This document shows positions 16,558-25,818 of a DNA stretch of 64,000 nucleotides, in pieces. Positions within the stretch are counted from its first letter, which is position 1. Every line of letters begins with the position of its first letter. The notes under the pieces were generated by a model. The model searched no databases and had not been told where the DNA came from. It saw only the letters and a program-made list of their open reading frames with translations. Source of the DNA: a virus; the IMG/VR virus record IMGVR_UViG_3300008108_004834, positions 15,844 to 79,843 of that record. One strand, given 5' to 3'. Position numbers and translations under genes: made by a program.

Positions 16558-16789
16558 ATATACGGACCATTATTCTGTTTTTAATAGAAATGGAAATAAG
16601 ATTTGTGATTCTGCCACACTTCAGGATGCTCTTTTGATGTGTTCTTTTGATTCCACAAGAACCTATAAGCAAGTTAAAATTCTTATGGATCAAGTAGTAA
16701 ATGTTCCATCAACAAGAATGGAAGATGATAAGCAATTGAATGCTCAGAATATACTTCCAGATAGAGTTGCTGAACCATTTGTTGTTTAA
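16526..16789 (+). CDS. Hypothetical protein
   Basis: ORF track. Confidence 0.65.
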   Translation: MNQIQKLQQIEYTDHYSVFNRNGNKICDSATLQDALLMCSFDSTRTYKQVKILMDQVVNVPSTRMEDDKQLNAQNILPDRVAEPFVV

Positions 16790-16824
16790 TCAATAATCTA
16801 AATAATTTAAATCGCATTTTTTAC

Positions 16825-17184
16825 ATGCCATTATATTCAACTCCAGAAGAATGTATGTTTAATCTTGAAACATTTTCTTCAAGTGAGGCGAAACGGAAAT
16901 GGAAAAATTCAATTAAAGAACATTGGGGAGAATGTGCATATTGTGGATCTGAAAATGATTTAACTTTAGATCACATAACTCCCAGATCAAAAGGTGGAAG
17001 AGACCGACTTACAAACATGCTATGTGCATGTAGAGACTGCAATATATCAAAAGGACATCAATTATGGTCTGATTGGTATTTGAACCAAAGTTTCTTTACA
17101 ACCGAAAGGTTGAGTGCTATTATTGAGTGGCAGAATCAAATCACCGACAAACACTTAGAAGTTTACATTCCTAGAAAAATATGA
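16825..17184 (+). CDS. HNH endonuclease
   Basis: CAYCG...LTLDHITPRSKGG...NMLCACRDCNISKG. Confidence 0.9.
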   Translation: MPLYSTPEECMFNLETFSSSEAKRKWKNSIKEHWGECAYCGSENDLTLDHITPRSKGGRDRLTNMLCACRDCNISKGHQLWSDWYLNQSFFTTERLSAIIEWQNQITDKHLEVYIPRKI

Positions 17185-17420
17185 AATTTACAGTTTATTC
17201 AAAAGACGGTTGCCCCTATTGCAGCAAGATCAAACAAGTGCTAGAGTTGGCAAACCTTGAACATGTTGTCTATACTCTTGGGGAGAACTTTGAGAGAGAC
17301 CAGTTTTATGCTGAGTTTGGACAAGGTTCTACATTTCCCCAAGTAATTTTAAATGACCAAGAACATCTTGGTGGGTGTACGGATACTGTTCAATATCTAA
17401 AGGAGCAAAATTTGGTCTAA
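17181..17420 (+). CDS. nrdC: Glutaredoxin
   Basis: CPYC, TFPQV, LGGCTD. Confidence 0.92.
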   Translation: MKFTVYSKDGCPYCSKIKQVLELANLEHVVYTLGENFERDQFYAEFGQGSTFPQVILNDQEHLGGCTDTVQYLKEQNLV

Positions 17421-17779
17421 TGGAAAGTACCTTTCATGAAGTTTATTATGATGTAGAGAGGGCAATTGATCTTGCCTTTGATGGTCACTTTGTTCTTAAG
17501 TTTTATGATTATTTGAAAGTTAAGAGCGTTTTAAAAAGAGAAGTTGTGGAATTTATTGAGAGTCCTACCGCAAATAACATCAGCAACATCGTAATGGATC
17601 TTGATGAATATCTTGAAGGTGGTGCTGACAATATGCATAAGCAACTTCGTGAAGCATATGGACATATTCCAAAACCATACGCAAGAAAAATAAGAAATTA
17701 CCTTTATGGTATTCTTGAGGATGCCTGGAGATATAATAATGACAAAAGACCAGGGCGGCGAAAAAAGAAAACTAAATAA
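17420..17779 (+). CDS. Hypothetical protein
   Basis: ATG coupled to the nrdC stop; LREAYGHIPKP motif. Confidence 0.75.
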   Translation: MESTFHEVYYDVERAIDLAFDGHFVLKFYDYLKVKSVLKREVVEFIESPTANNISNIVMDLDEYLEGGADNMHKQLREAYGHIPKPYARKIRNYLYGILEDAWRYNNDKRPGRRKKKTK

Positions 17780-17945
17780 ACCTGAACCCCAAATTAATCG
17801 GGGAGTTGAACTATTACTACGCAATAGGAGGAAGAAAGCATCCGAACCAAAGACTTTTCAAGTGAAGTTTGGTAAAATGATTTCTTTCTTCCGCAGAGAG
17901 TTTCATTTTTTTATTGAATTTCACTTTGACGTTAAAAAGAAATAA
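17706..17945 (+). CDS. Hypothetical protein (start uncertain)
   Basis: ORF track; INRGVELLLR. Confidence 0.5.
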   Translation: MVFLRMPGDIIMTKDQGGEKRKLNKPEPQINRGVELLLRNRRKKASEPKTFQVKFGKMISFFRREFHFFIEFHFDVKKK

Positions 17946-17962
17946 ATTCTCTGGAGAAAAAA

Positions 17963-18196
17963 ATGGAAACAGCATATGTAATAACATTCACAATAATGTT
18001 CACTTTGCTTTTTTTTATGGTAGGAAGTATAATTGGATGGTTGACGTATAGGCATTTACTAGAAACAAGACCTCCATATTTACATCCAGAGTTTTTTGAT
18101 GAAAATGGTCAACTCATACCTGATGAAATAGTATCCGTAAGATTTGAAAACGAAAGCGATTATGACTACACCGACGAAGACGAAGAAGAAGATTGA
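17963..18196 (+). CDS. Hypothetical membrane protein
   Basis: TM helix, HPEFFDENG motif, acidic tail. Confidence 0.75.
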   Translation: METAYVITFTIMFTLLFFMVGSIIGWLTYRHLLETRPPYLHPEFFDENGQLIPDEIVSVRFENESDYDYTDEDEEED

Positions 18197-18737
18197 AACT
18201 CCAGTTGAAAATCTTCCAACAAATCCGTTTGCTTTTGAAGTCTTGGCACTTGTGTCAAAGCAAAGGACAAATGCGAAAAAAGTAGAACTACTTAAGAAAT
18301 ACGAAGATCCTTCATTAAAAACAATTCTGATTTGGAATTTTGATGAGACTGTAATTTCGCTTCTTCCACCAGGAGATGTTCCGTATGCAAGTACAGGAGA
18401 ACAAACATCCTACAGTGGCACTTTGAGTGGAAAAATTGATGATGCCGTCACAAAGATGCAAGAGTTGAATTCAAATTCCCTTGGTTCTATGGATCAAGGT
18501 AGGTCTTCAATTCGTAAAGAATATCATATGTTCTATAACTTTGTGAAAGGAGGAAATGATGGTCTGAGTTCTCTCCGTAGAGAAACTATGTTCATTAATA
18601 TTCTTCAAGGATTGCATCCTCTTGAAGCAGAAATTGTCTGTTTAGTGAAGGATAAAAAACTAAGCGACAAATATAAAATCACTAAAGAAATCGTAAGCGA
18701 GGCATATCCAGATATTCAATGGGGAGGCCGTTCGTGA
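18162..18737 (+). CDS. Conserved T4-like phage hypothetical protein
   Basis: LPPGDVPY, RRETMFINILQGLHPLEAE motifs. Confidence 0.8.
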   Translation: MTTPTKTKKKIETPVENLPTNPFAFEVLALVSKQRTNAKKVELLKKYEDPSLKTILIWNFDETVISLLPPGDVPYASTGEQTSYSGTLSGKIDDAVTKMQELNSNSLGSMDQGRSSIRKEYHMFYNFVKGGNDGLSSLRRETMFINILQGLHPLEAEIVCLVKDKKLSDKYKITKEIVSEAYPDIQWGGRS

Positions 18738-19087
18738 GTAAACTTCATGATGTTGTAAAAAAAGCACAGGAGGAAGTTATGGCAGAGGATGTAAAAAAGG
18801 AAAAACAAATTCTGCCAAAAGAATATGGGTGCGAAATTCTTTTAGAAAGAACTACTGTTGAGAGAGCAAATGATGCTTCTTTTCCTAATGATGCATATTT
18901 GATTTGGTATATTGTAGATGGCGTAACATATGTGGATCTGACACGGTGCCATAAGAAAGTAAATCTATTTGATATGTACTATGATAAGTATGGCCCCGGT
19001 TCGGTTCAAAAAATTGATTTTGGATATGGCAGGAAAAACCCAAAACTTTGGGGAGAAAAACCAGTGGAGAAAAAGAAGAAAAAATGA
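18734..19087 (+). CDS. Hypothetical protein
   Basis: GTGA coupling; FDMYYDKYG, GYGRKNPKLWG. Confidence 0.75.
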   Translation: MSKLHDVVKKAQEEVMAEDVKKEKQILPKEYGCEILLERTTVERANDASFPNDAYLIWYIVDGVTYVDLTRCHKKVNLFDMYYDKYGPGSVQKIDFGYGRKNPKLWGEKPVEKKKKK

Positions 19088-19296
19088 CTGCAGGATTTGG
19101 CGGACAAGGAAAAGAAAATAGGATTGGTAAGGATGCCAATATTACTATAGATTTAGACAATATAGATATTGTTTTGAAGCAGTACAAAAAAATTAAAAAA
19201 TACCAAAAATCATCTCTGTATGCTATCAAAACGATGGACGGCACAGAAGATATTGTGAGTTCATTGATTAGAGAAGCAGAGGAGAATCCACTATAA
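19084..19296 (+). CDS. Hypothetical protein
   Basis: ATGA coupling. Confidence 0.65.
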   Translation: MTAGFGGQGKENRIGKDANITIDLDNIDIVLKQYKKIKKYQKSSLYAIKTMDGTEDIVSSLIREAEENPL

Positions 19297-19622
19297 TGGG
19301 AAAGCATTATCTTTTAAACCTTTACGAATGTTCTTTTTTATTACTAAATGACGAGAACTTTCTTATTGATTTGTTGGAAAATGCTGCGATAGCAAGTGGT
19401 GCCACAGTATGTCAAACAATCCACAAAAAGTTTGAGCCTCAGGGAGTTACTGTACTTTGCCTACTTTCTGAAAGTCATATCAGTATCCATACTTGGCCAG
19501 AAGAAGGAAAGGCTGCGTGTGATGTTTATTGTTGCGGTGATGCCAATCCCAAGATAGGTTGTGACATCATTATTCAACAATTACAATCTCAAAATCATAC
19601 TTTGAGTTACATAGAAAGATAA
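19296..19622 (+). CDS. speD: S-adenosylmethionine decarboxylase proenzyme
   Basis: MGKH...FEPQGVT...LSESHISIHTWPE...DVYCCG. Confidence 0.92.
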   Translation: MGKHYLLNLYECSFLLLNDENFLIDLLENAAIASGATVCQTIHKKFEPQGVTVLCLLSESHISIHTWPEEGKAACDVYCCGDANPKIGCDIIIQQLQSQNHTLSYIER

Positions 19623-19638
19623 AAATTGGACTTAAATA

Positions 19639-19677
19639 AAAAGAGGGATTGACACCCTCTCTTTTTTTGACTACAAT
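19639..19677 (+). promoter_or_regulatory. Terminator hairpin with -35 box in its loop
   Basis: AGAGGG-ATTGACA-CCCTCT plus T-run; TTGACA(19649)-17 nt-TACAAT(19672). Confidence 0.75.
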
Positions 19678-19700
19678 GAAATTGACAATTGACAAGCAAA

Positions 19701-19862
19701 ATGAATCAAGAAAAATTAAAATTAATAGTAAAAAATCTGGAACTATTAGTTCAATCTTTAAAGGAAGAACTTGATTTGAATGATAGACCAGAATATAACT
19801 ACGAACAAATTTCGCCATATGTTCAAGATTATGACGAAGTATTTTATGACGACGAGGAATGA
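19701..19862 (+). CDS. 53-aa hypothetical protein (MNQEKLKLIVKNLELLVQSLKEE...); not in ORF track
   Basis: Hand translation. Confidence 0.7.
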   Translation: MNQEKLKLIVKNLELLVQSLKEELDLNDRPEYNYEQISPYVQDYDEVFYDDEE

Positions 19863-19871
19863 GGAAGGAAA

Positions 19872-20624
19872 ATGAAACCAATCAAATCAAAAGATCTTCT
19901 TGAACTGGATAAAAATCTTGAAGTAGTTAAACTTCAATCTTATCCTATCCCAGAGCAAGTAATTTGGCAGGCAGGAAAAGGTGATTATTCTGAAGTTCCC
20001 ATTCATGAAGTAGAAGTTCCTAACAACACTAAATGTGGAGAATGGGTTGTAGAGCAACTTCTTGCAAACGAGAGGGGACACTGGGGACCATTGGAGCATC
20101 CTCAGATTACATTCTCTTGTGCTGGTTTTGTTCACAATGTAATCGTTCAGGCAAGAACCCATCGTATCGGAACAACTTGGGATGTTCAATCACAGCGATA
20201 TACTGGAAAGCGTGTAGTCAAGGTTGCCAAGGGTGAACTTGATGTTGAGAAAGTCTTCTATGTGCGTCCTGTGGGGTTCTATACCAACCGTAAGGGTAAG
20301 AAGTATGAATGGACCGAAGAGAACCGTCAACGCAAATTGGGGCGCATTCTGAGCGAGTGTGAGGAGTATGCTGAGTACTATGAGCAGGGAATGTGTGAGG
20401 AACATATTCGGGATTACCTTCCACAGGCAATTCGTCAGAACTTTGTAGTATCTTTCAATCTTCGTTCGGTACTTCACTTTATGGATCTTCGGTCCAAACT
20501 TGATGCTCAACTTGAAATTCAAGCATTATGTGATGCGTTTGCTCCAGAACTTCAGAAGTGGACGCCGAATGTTTGGAAGTATTATGAGGAAAAGAGACTC
20601 CATAAAGCAAGACTTTCTCCTTGA
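19872..20624 (+). CDS. thyX: FAD-dependent thymidylate synthase
   Basis: GHWGPLEH, QARTHR, VQSQRY, NLRSVLHFMDLR, AQLEI. Confidence 0.95.
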   Translation: MKPIKSKDLLELDKNLEVVKLQSYPIPEQVIWQAGKGDYSEVPIHEVEVPNNTKCGEWVVEQLLANERGHWGPLEHPQITFSCAGFVHNVIVQARTHRIGTTWDVQSQRYTGKRVVKVAKGELDVEKVFYVRPVGFYTNRKGKKYEWTEENRQRKLGRILSECEEYAEYYEQGMCEEHIRDYLPQAIRQNFVVSFNLRSVLHFMDLRSKLDAQLEIQALCDAFAPELQKWTPNVWKYYEEKRLHKARLSP

Positions 20625-20630
20625 GGTATT

Positions 20631-20789
20631 ATGAAAAGTTGGTGCTTAGTAGATCACGCCACGGGTCGGGTATTTAAAGTCATTGTGACTGAGGAACAAC
20701 TAAAAGAATATTTTGTTCAAAATCCAAATATATCCGAATGTGTTGATTGTATTGAATGTGACGATGCAGACAGTATTACTTTAGAGTGA
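20631..20789 (+). CDS. 52-aa hypothetical protein with CxxCxxC; not in ORF track
   Basis: GAGGT RBS; MKSWCLVDHATG...ECVDCIECDD. Confidence 0.6.
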   Translation: MKSWCLVDHATGRVFKVIVTEEQLKEYFVQNPNISECVDCIECDDADSITLE

Positions 20790-20821
20790 TAAATATCCTT
20801 ACACACTATGGAGGAATAAAA

Positions 20822-21064
20822 TTGGCTGTATATCCAATTATTAACAAAGAAACTGGAGAACAAAAGGTCATTGAGATGAGTGTCAACGACATTATGCAAT
20901 GGTATAATGATAATCCAGAATGGACACGCGATTGGTCCCAAGGTTGTGCATCTCCTGGAGAAGTAGGGGAGTGGCAAAATAAATTAGTTTCCAAGCATCC
21001 TGGATGGAATGATGTACTTTCTCGTGCATCAAAAATGCCAGGTTCAAAAGTTAAAAAAATCTAA
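20822..21064 (+). CDS. Hypothetical protein
   Basis: GGAGG RBS before TTG 20822. Confidence 0.75.
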   Translation: MAVYPIINKETGEQKVIEMSVNDIMQWYNDNPEWTRDWSQGCASPGEVGEWQNKLVSKHPGWNDVLSRASKMPGSKVKKI

Positions 21065-21080
21065 TCCAAAATAATATCAT

Positions 21081-21833
21081 ATGGCAAGAAGAAAAAGAGA
21101 AGAGCAACCAATTGGCATAGGTTTAACTGCTAGACAAATGAAGCGGAGAAAACCGATCAGTTCTGATTTAATGAGAGAGATTGGTCCTCTTACAGAAAAT
21201 CAGAAAAAACTGTATGAATATTATGGGCAAGGTAAGAATATTTTTGCTCACGGTGTTCCTGGTTCTGGAAAAACATTTATTCTACTTTATAATGCATTAA
21301 AGGATGTTCTTGATGAAAGAACCCCTTATGAAAAAATTTATATTGTAAGGTCTCTTGTTCAGACTAGAGAAATTGGATTTTTGCCTGGATCTGAAGACGA
21401 CAAAAAATCTCTCTTTGAAATACCATACAAAAATATGGTAAAGTATATGTTTGAGATGCCAGATGATGCCTCTTTTGAAATGCTTTACGCAAATCTAAAG
21501 GCACAAGGAACTATTAGTTTTTGGTGTACCTCTTTTATTCGTGGAGTAACTCTTGACAACGCTATCATTATTGTAGACGAAGCACAAAATTGCTCAGCAC
21601 ACGAAAGTTTCTCAGTAATTTCCAGATGTGGATTTAATACAAAAATTATGTTTGCTGGCGATATAGAGCAGAGTGATTTAACTAGAATGAGTGAGAGAAA
21701 TGGTATTATTGATTTCATCCGTGTTATTGAGGTAATGCCTTCATTTGAAAAAATTGAATTTCAAGTTGATGATATTGTCAGATCTTCTTTGGTAAAAGAA
21801 TTCGTAATAGCTAAAAAATCTCTTGGTCTTTAA
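21081..21833 (+). CDS. phoH: PhoH-like ATPase
   Basis: GVPGSGKT, REIGFLPG, FIRGVT, VDEAQN, GDIEQSD, DIVRS. Confidence 0.95.
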   Translation: MARRKREEQPIGIGLTARQMKRRKPISSDLMREIGPLTENQKKLYEYYGQGKNIFAHGVPGSGKTFILLYNALKDVLDERTPYEKIYIVRSLVQTREIGFLPGSEDDKKSLFEIPYKNMVKYMFEMPDDASFEMLYANLKAQGTISFWCTSFIRGVTLDNAIIIVDEAQNCSAHESFSVISRCGFNTKIMFAGDIEQSDLTRMSERNGIIDFIRVIEVMPSFEKIEFQVDDIVRSSLVKEFVIAKKSLGL

Positions 21834-21835
21834 TA

Positions 21836-22504
21836 ATGTTTAATCATATAGAATTGAATTTGCCCGTTCTTGAAAGGGAACTGATTGGTGGTGTGAGGTA
21901 TTACAAATTACCTTTGGGAAATAAGAAGTTAGTATCAGTTACTTCTGTTATTAGTCATTATAAAAAAGATTTCTTTGATAAGTGGAGAAAGAGAGTTGGT
22001 GTAGAGGAGGCCAATAAGATTACAAAAAGGGCAACCAGTCGTGGAACTGATACACATACTCTTATTGAAAACTATCTTCTAAATCGCGATTTACCTTCCG
22101 TTCAACCAATCTCCGAACATTTATTTAAGATTTCTAAACCAACTCTTCAACGCATAAATAATATTCATTGTCTTGAAGGATCACTTTATAGTGAGATTTT
22201 AGGAATTGCAGGAACTGTAGATACAATAGCAGAATTTGATGGCGAACTTGCTGTTATTGACTATAAGACTTCCGCAAAACCAAAACCAAGAGAATGGATA
22301 GAAGGTTATTTCGTTCAGTGTGCTGCCTATGCAGCAATGCTCTATGAACTTACTGGAATATCTGTAAAGAAGTTTGTGATTATTATGACCTGTGAAGACG
22401 GGGAGTGTGTCGTCTATGAAGAAAGAGATAAGAAAAAGTATCTAAAACTTCTCATTGAATATATTGAAAAATTTGTCAATGACAAACTGGAAGAATTGAC
22501 TTGA
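21836..22504 (+). CDS. PD-(D/E)XK exonuclease
   Basis: SVTSV, RGTDTH, AGTVD, IDYKTS, QCAAYA. Confidence 0.85.
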   Translation: MFNHIELNLPVLERELIGGVRYYKLPLGNKKLVSVTSVISHYKKDFFDKWRKRVGVEEANKITKRATSRGTDTHTLIENYLLNRDLPSVQPISEHLFKISKPTLQRINNIHCLEGSLYSEILGIAGTVDTIAEFDGELAVIDYKTSAKPKPREWIEGYFVQCAAYAAMLYELTGISVKKFVIIMTCEDGECVVYEERDKKKYLKLLIEYIEKFVNDKLEELT

Positions 22505-22524
22505 TCAATTTTTATTGCTATACT
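22496..22524 (+). promoter_or_regulatory. Sigma70 promoter
   Basis: TTGACT-17 nt-TATACT. Confidence 0.7.
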
Positions 22525-22573
22525 TCAGTTAAGTTCGTTTTTTAAAGTCTTGTATATTACAGTATTGGGTCAA

Positions 22574-22831
22574 ATGGAGAATGAGTTAGAAAAGGTATTA
22601 GAGAGTAAATTCTTTTGTCCATCGCGATTTGCACAAGAGATTGAGAATATCGTACAGGTTAATCCTGATATGAATTACATTGATGCAATCGTTCATTTTT
22701 GCGAAAAGAATAGTATAGATTTAGAATCAGTTCCAAAACTCATTTCAAAACCACTTAAAGAAAAGATTAAATATGAAGCAATGGAACTGAATTTTCTTAA
22801 AAAGACTTCCCGTGCAAAATTAGTTTTTTGA
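22574..22831 (+). CDS. gp33: Late promoter transcription co-activator gp33
   Basis: FAQEIE...YIDAIVHFCE...LKEKIKYEAMELNFLK; synteny with gp59 and gp32. Confidence 0.88.
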   Translation: MENELEKVLESKFFCPSRFAQEIENIVQVNPDMNYIDAIVHFCEKNSIDLESVPKLISKPLKEKIKYEAMELNFLKKTSRAKLVF

Positions 22832-22838
22832 ATTTTAA

Positions 22839-23435
22839 ATGGCACCTTTTGATGTATATGTCAAGTATCTTTGTTTGAAGAATCACTTTAACAAAGATAC
22901 TTATGATTATTTTAAGTATAATAAGAAAACCAGAGCAAGTCTTCAATCCTTCTATAAGAGACGCGATAGATTTTGGTTTGAAAAAATTTCAAGACAAAGA
23001 AACGAAAAAGAAGTAGAAGATTTTTTTGTTGCAAACTTTGTTTCTTGTAATGATCCAGAAACTCTTTGGATTGGTGAAATGATTAAAGAAGGAGAAGGAA
23101 GATATAATAATTGGCAGAAAAAGATTCAGTCATTATCATATCTGTTTAAAGAAGAATCACAATCACTGTTTGAAGAAAACAAATTTGATGAAGTATTTAA
23201 TTGCTCAAAAGGACATCCTCCTCTTCTTAAAAAATTCCTGAGCGGGAATATTAGTCTGGAAACATTGGTCATTTATGATAAAATATTCCTGTTCGGGAAT
23301 AAGTTTGATAAGAAACTCAATGACCCCATATGGCAAACTGTAGGACGTAGAATTAAAAAGTATTCTCCTTTTTTGAATATAGATACATTACGTTATAGAA
23401 AAATTTTAAAAGAAATTATTACTGGAGAAAAATGA
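22839..23435 (+). CDS. gp59: Helicase loader gp59
   Basis: YLCLKNHF...YDYFKY...F.KRRDR. Confidence 0.88.
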   Translation: MAPFDVYVKYLCLKNHFNKDTYDYFKYNKKTRASLQSFYKRRDRFWFEKISRQRNEKEVEDFFVANFVSCNDPETLWIGEMIKEGEGRYNNWQKKIQSLSYLFKEESQSLFEENKFDEVFNCSKGHPPLLKKFLSGNISLETLVIYDKIFLFGNKFDKKLNDPIWQTVGRRIKKYSPFLNIDTLRYRKILKEIITGEK

Positions 23436-23776
23436 GTTTTTTTGATTCTGAGGTTGTTCGCGCAGAAATGGCAGAAATATCTGAACTTCAAGAGGAAATA
23501 TATGGAAGTGTCTTTACATTTCCAACAATGACCAAAGAAGAAAAAATCCGCCACGTAGATCTTCTTGACAGGTTATTGAATAAACAGAGAATTCTTTATA
23601 CTAGATTGAGTCTTTCTGATGATCCTGAAGCAAAGGAAATGAAAGAAAGAGTTATTACTGCCGCTTTAATGATGGGTCTTCCTTCAAATGTTGATATGAA
23701 TGTCCTTTTTGGTAATATGACGAAAATGCTTGAGGCGATGAAGGAAGAGATTGACAAAACTGGTTCCGACCTGTAG
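23432..23776 (+). CDS. DUF1825-like protein
   Basis: MSFFDSEVV...Q.ILYTRLSLSDDPEA. Confidence 0.75.
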   Translation: MSFFDSEVVRAEMAEISELQEEIYGSVFTFPTMTKEEKIRHVDLLDRLLNKQRILYTRLSLSDDPEAKEMKERVITAALMMGLPSNVDMNVLFGNMTKMLEAMKEEIDKTGSDL

Positions 23777-23779
23777 AAT
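23751..23779 (+). promoter_or_regulatory. Sigma70 promoter for gene 32
   Basis: TTGACA-17 nt-TAGAAT. The ORF-track TTG start is this -35 box. Confidence 0.75.
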
Positions 23780-23846
23780 GATTTGGGCTGGACGATCCCT
23801 TAAGCAAAGTCATAAAAGCCAAATACAATTATCTAAAGGTAATCCA

Positions 23847-24797
23847 ATGTCATTTCAAAATCTTAAGAAACAATCCTCTCTTGGTTCTCTGACTGAAAAG
23901 TTGGTTAAGCAAGTAGAAAAAATGAGCACTACTTCTGGTGGTGCTGATGAGCGTCTGTGGAAACCGGAGATGGATAAAACCGGTGTCGGTTCTGCAATTA
24001 TTCGTTTTCTTCCCGCACCTGACGGAGAAGAACTTCCTTGGGTGAAGATGTATTCTCACGCTTTCCAAGGTCCTGGTGGATGGTATATTGAAAATAGTCT
24101 GACCACAATCGGACAAAAAGATCCTCTGGGAGAGCATAATCGTGCTCTCTGGAATACTGGTAGTGAGAAGGATAAGGAAACTGTGCGTAAGCAAAAGCGT
24201 AAGCTTTCTTACTACAGCAACATTTACGTTGTAAAGGATCCTGCAAATCCTGATAATGAAGGTAAAGTATTTCTCTTCAAGTATGGTAAGAAAATCTTTG
24301 ACAAGATTCTGAATGCTATGCAACCAGAGTTTGAGGACGAAGAACCAATCAATCCTTTTGATTTCTGGGTGGGAGCTAACTTCAAACTCAAAATCGTAAA
24401 AAAGGATGGTTATTGGAACTACGACAAATCTGAGTTTGATCGCATTTCTGTTCTTAATGGAGATGATGATGTTCTGGAAGCAATCTGGAAAAAGGAGTAT
24501 TCCCTAACCGCGATTACTGCTCCGGACCAATTCAAGTCTTATGAAGAACTTGAGAAGCGTATGAATATGGTTCTTGGAATTTCCCAGACCACTTCACCTA
24601 CAAAATCTCGTGCAGTAGTGGAACAGGAAGATGAGTACGAATCGTACAGTCAACCTGTAAGTCGTGAAGACAAAGTGATGGAAGAACTTGAGCAATCTTA
24701 TAGTCGTTCAAAGACTCCTTCTCTTCCTCAAATCTCACAAGACGATGAAGAGGAAGATGATACACTTTCATACTTCCAGAAATTGGTCAACGACTGA
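23847..24797 (+). CDS. gp32: Single-stranded DNA-binding protein gp32
   Basis: IIRFLP, WYIENSLTT, YGKKIFDKI, GANFKLKI, NYDKSEF; acidic tail. Confidence 0.95.
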   Translation: MSFQNLKKQSSLGSLTEKLVKQVEKMSTTSGGADERLWKPEMDKTGVGSAIIRFLPAPDGEELPWVKMYSHAFQGPGGWYIENSLTTIGQKDPLGEHNRALWNTGSEKDKETVRKQKRKLSYYSNIYVVKDPANPDNEGKVFLFKYGKKIFDKILNAMQPEFEDEEPINPFDFWVGANFKLKIVKKDGYWNYDKSEFDRISVLNGDDDVLEAIWKKEYSLTAITAPDQFKSYEELEKRMNMVLGISQTTSPTKSRAVVEQEDEYESYSQPVSREDKVMEELEQSYSRSKTPSLPQISQDDEEEDDTLSYFQKLVND

Positions 24798-25817
24798 TTA
24801 AGTATACAGTCTAATATTATCGCCTCTCTTAAGGGTCTCGGACACATATTGACGAGACCCTTTTTTGTATGGCATAATATCATCCATATCATTAAAGACT
24901 ACATTCAAGTATCTTGGTTTTAGGACGTAGATATTTCTTTTTGATTCCTGCAATTCGTTTTCGTACTCATAATTTGTTACTGTTCTGACAAAGGAAGTGG
25001 AAGAAATTTGAGTAGAATACCCAAGTCCAGGATCCCAATACTCATAATAATATGAGTTGGCAGTAATTTCTGATGTTCCTTGAATTGTGAAAAGCACTTC
25101 TTCTTTTCTTGGTTCTGTTAAAGTGGGCAAAGCAATATCAGGAATAAATGAAAGTTCATACCTAAATGCAGTTACATTACCATCAAATTGTCCTAATATT
25201 TCTGTTATTATATGTCTCCCATTATACTGTGGTTCTGAAACATTATTAATTGCTATTTGAGACCCTACCTCTAGATTTGGAATTGAATCTATCATATAAA
25301 CTGTAACAACATTTGATGGGATTACAGAATCTCCAGAAGAAATATTTGCAATTTTTGAATTGATTATTTCTAAGAAGTTGCCATTAGTTTTCCAGGTAGG
25401 ATTAATTTTAATTCCAGATTTTAATACAGTAACTCCCAATGAATTCTTAATTTCTTCCGTTTCATAATGATGTATTCCACTATACAGTTCATCATAAGAA
25501 CCATATTTTTTCAACATAACCTTGTCAAAGGTATACTGAGTCATTGGCCATTCTGATTGAATATTTAAAATATTATTAGATAGGAGAACGACCCAATCAA
25601 GAGTTTCGTCATTGTAGAATTTATATGCAACACTATCAGGTCTTTCATCTCCAATAATTGAATACTTTTCAAAGAACTGTAGGTTTCCAAAAATATCTTC
25701 TCTTAACTTTCCGCGTTTAAAGAGATTCTTTACTGGAACATAATCGGAAATATGATGATCTCCTTTGTTTCTGGAGACATATTCAAAGTTTGGGACTTGT
25801 CTAAAATAAGATGCCAT
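24798..25817 (-). CDS. gp53: Baseplate wedge subunit gp53
   Basis: ERPDSVAYKFY...WVVLLSNNI...EWP, HHYET, VTNYEYE...KRNIYVLKP. Confidence 0.85.
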   Translation of the reverse strand: MASYFRQVPNFEYVSRNKGDHHISDYVPVKNLFKRGKLREDIFGNLQFFEKYSIIGDERPDSVAYKFYNDETLDWVVLLSNNILNIQSEWPMTQYTFDKVMLKKYGSYDELYSGIHHYETEEIKNSLGVTVLKSGIKINPTWKTNGNFLEIINSKIANISSGDSVIPSNVVTVYMIDSIPNLEVGSQIAINNVSEPQYNGRHIITEILGQFDGNVTAFRYELSFIPDIALPTLTEPRKEEVLFTIQGTSEITANSYYYEYWDPGLGYSTQISSTSFVRTVTNYEYENELQESKRNIYVLKPRYLNVVFNDMDDIMPYKKGSRQYVSETLKRGDNIRLYT

Positions 25818-25818
25818 T

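Noticed and set aside
21836-22504. Cas4
   Set aside because: PD-(D/E)XK exonuclease in its normal T4-like core position; no Fe-S cysteine cluster and no array.
23751-23846. N-terminal extension of gp32 in the ORF track
   Set aside because: The TTG is the -35 box of a promoter; the real start is ATG 23847.
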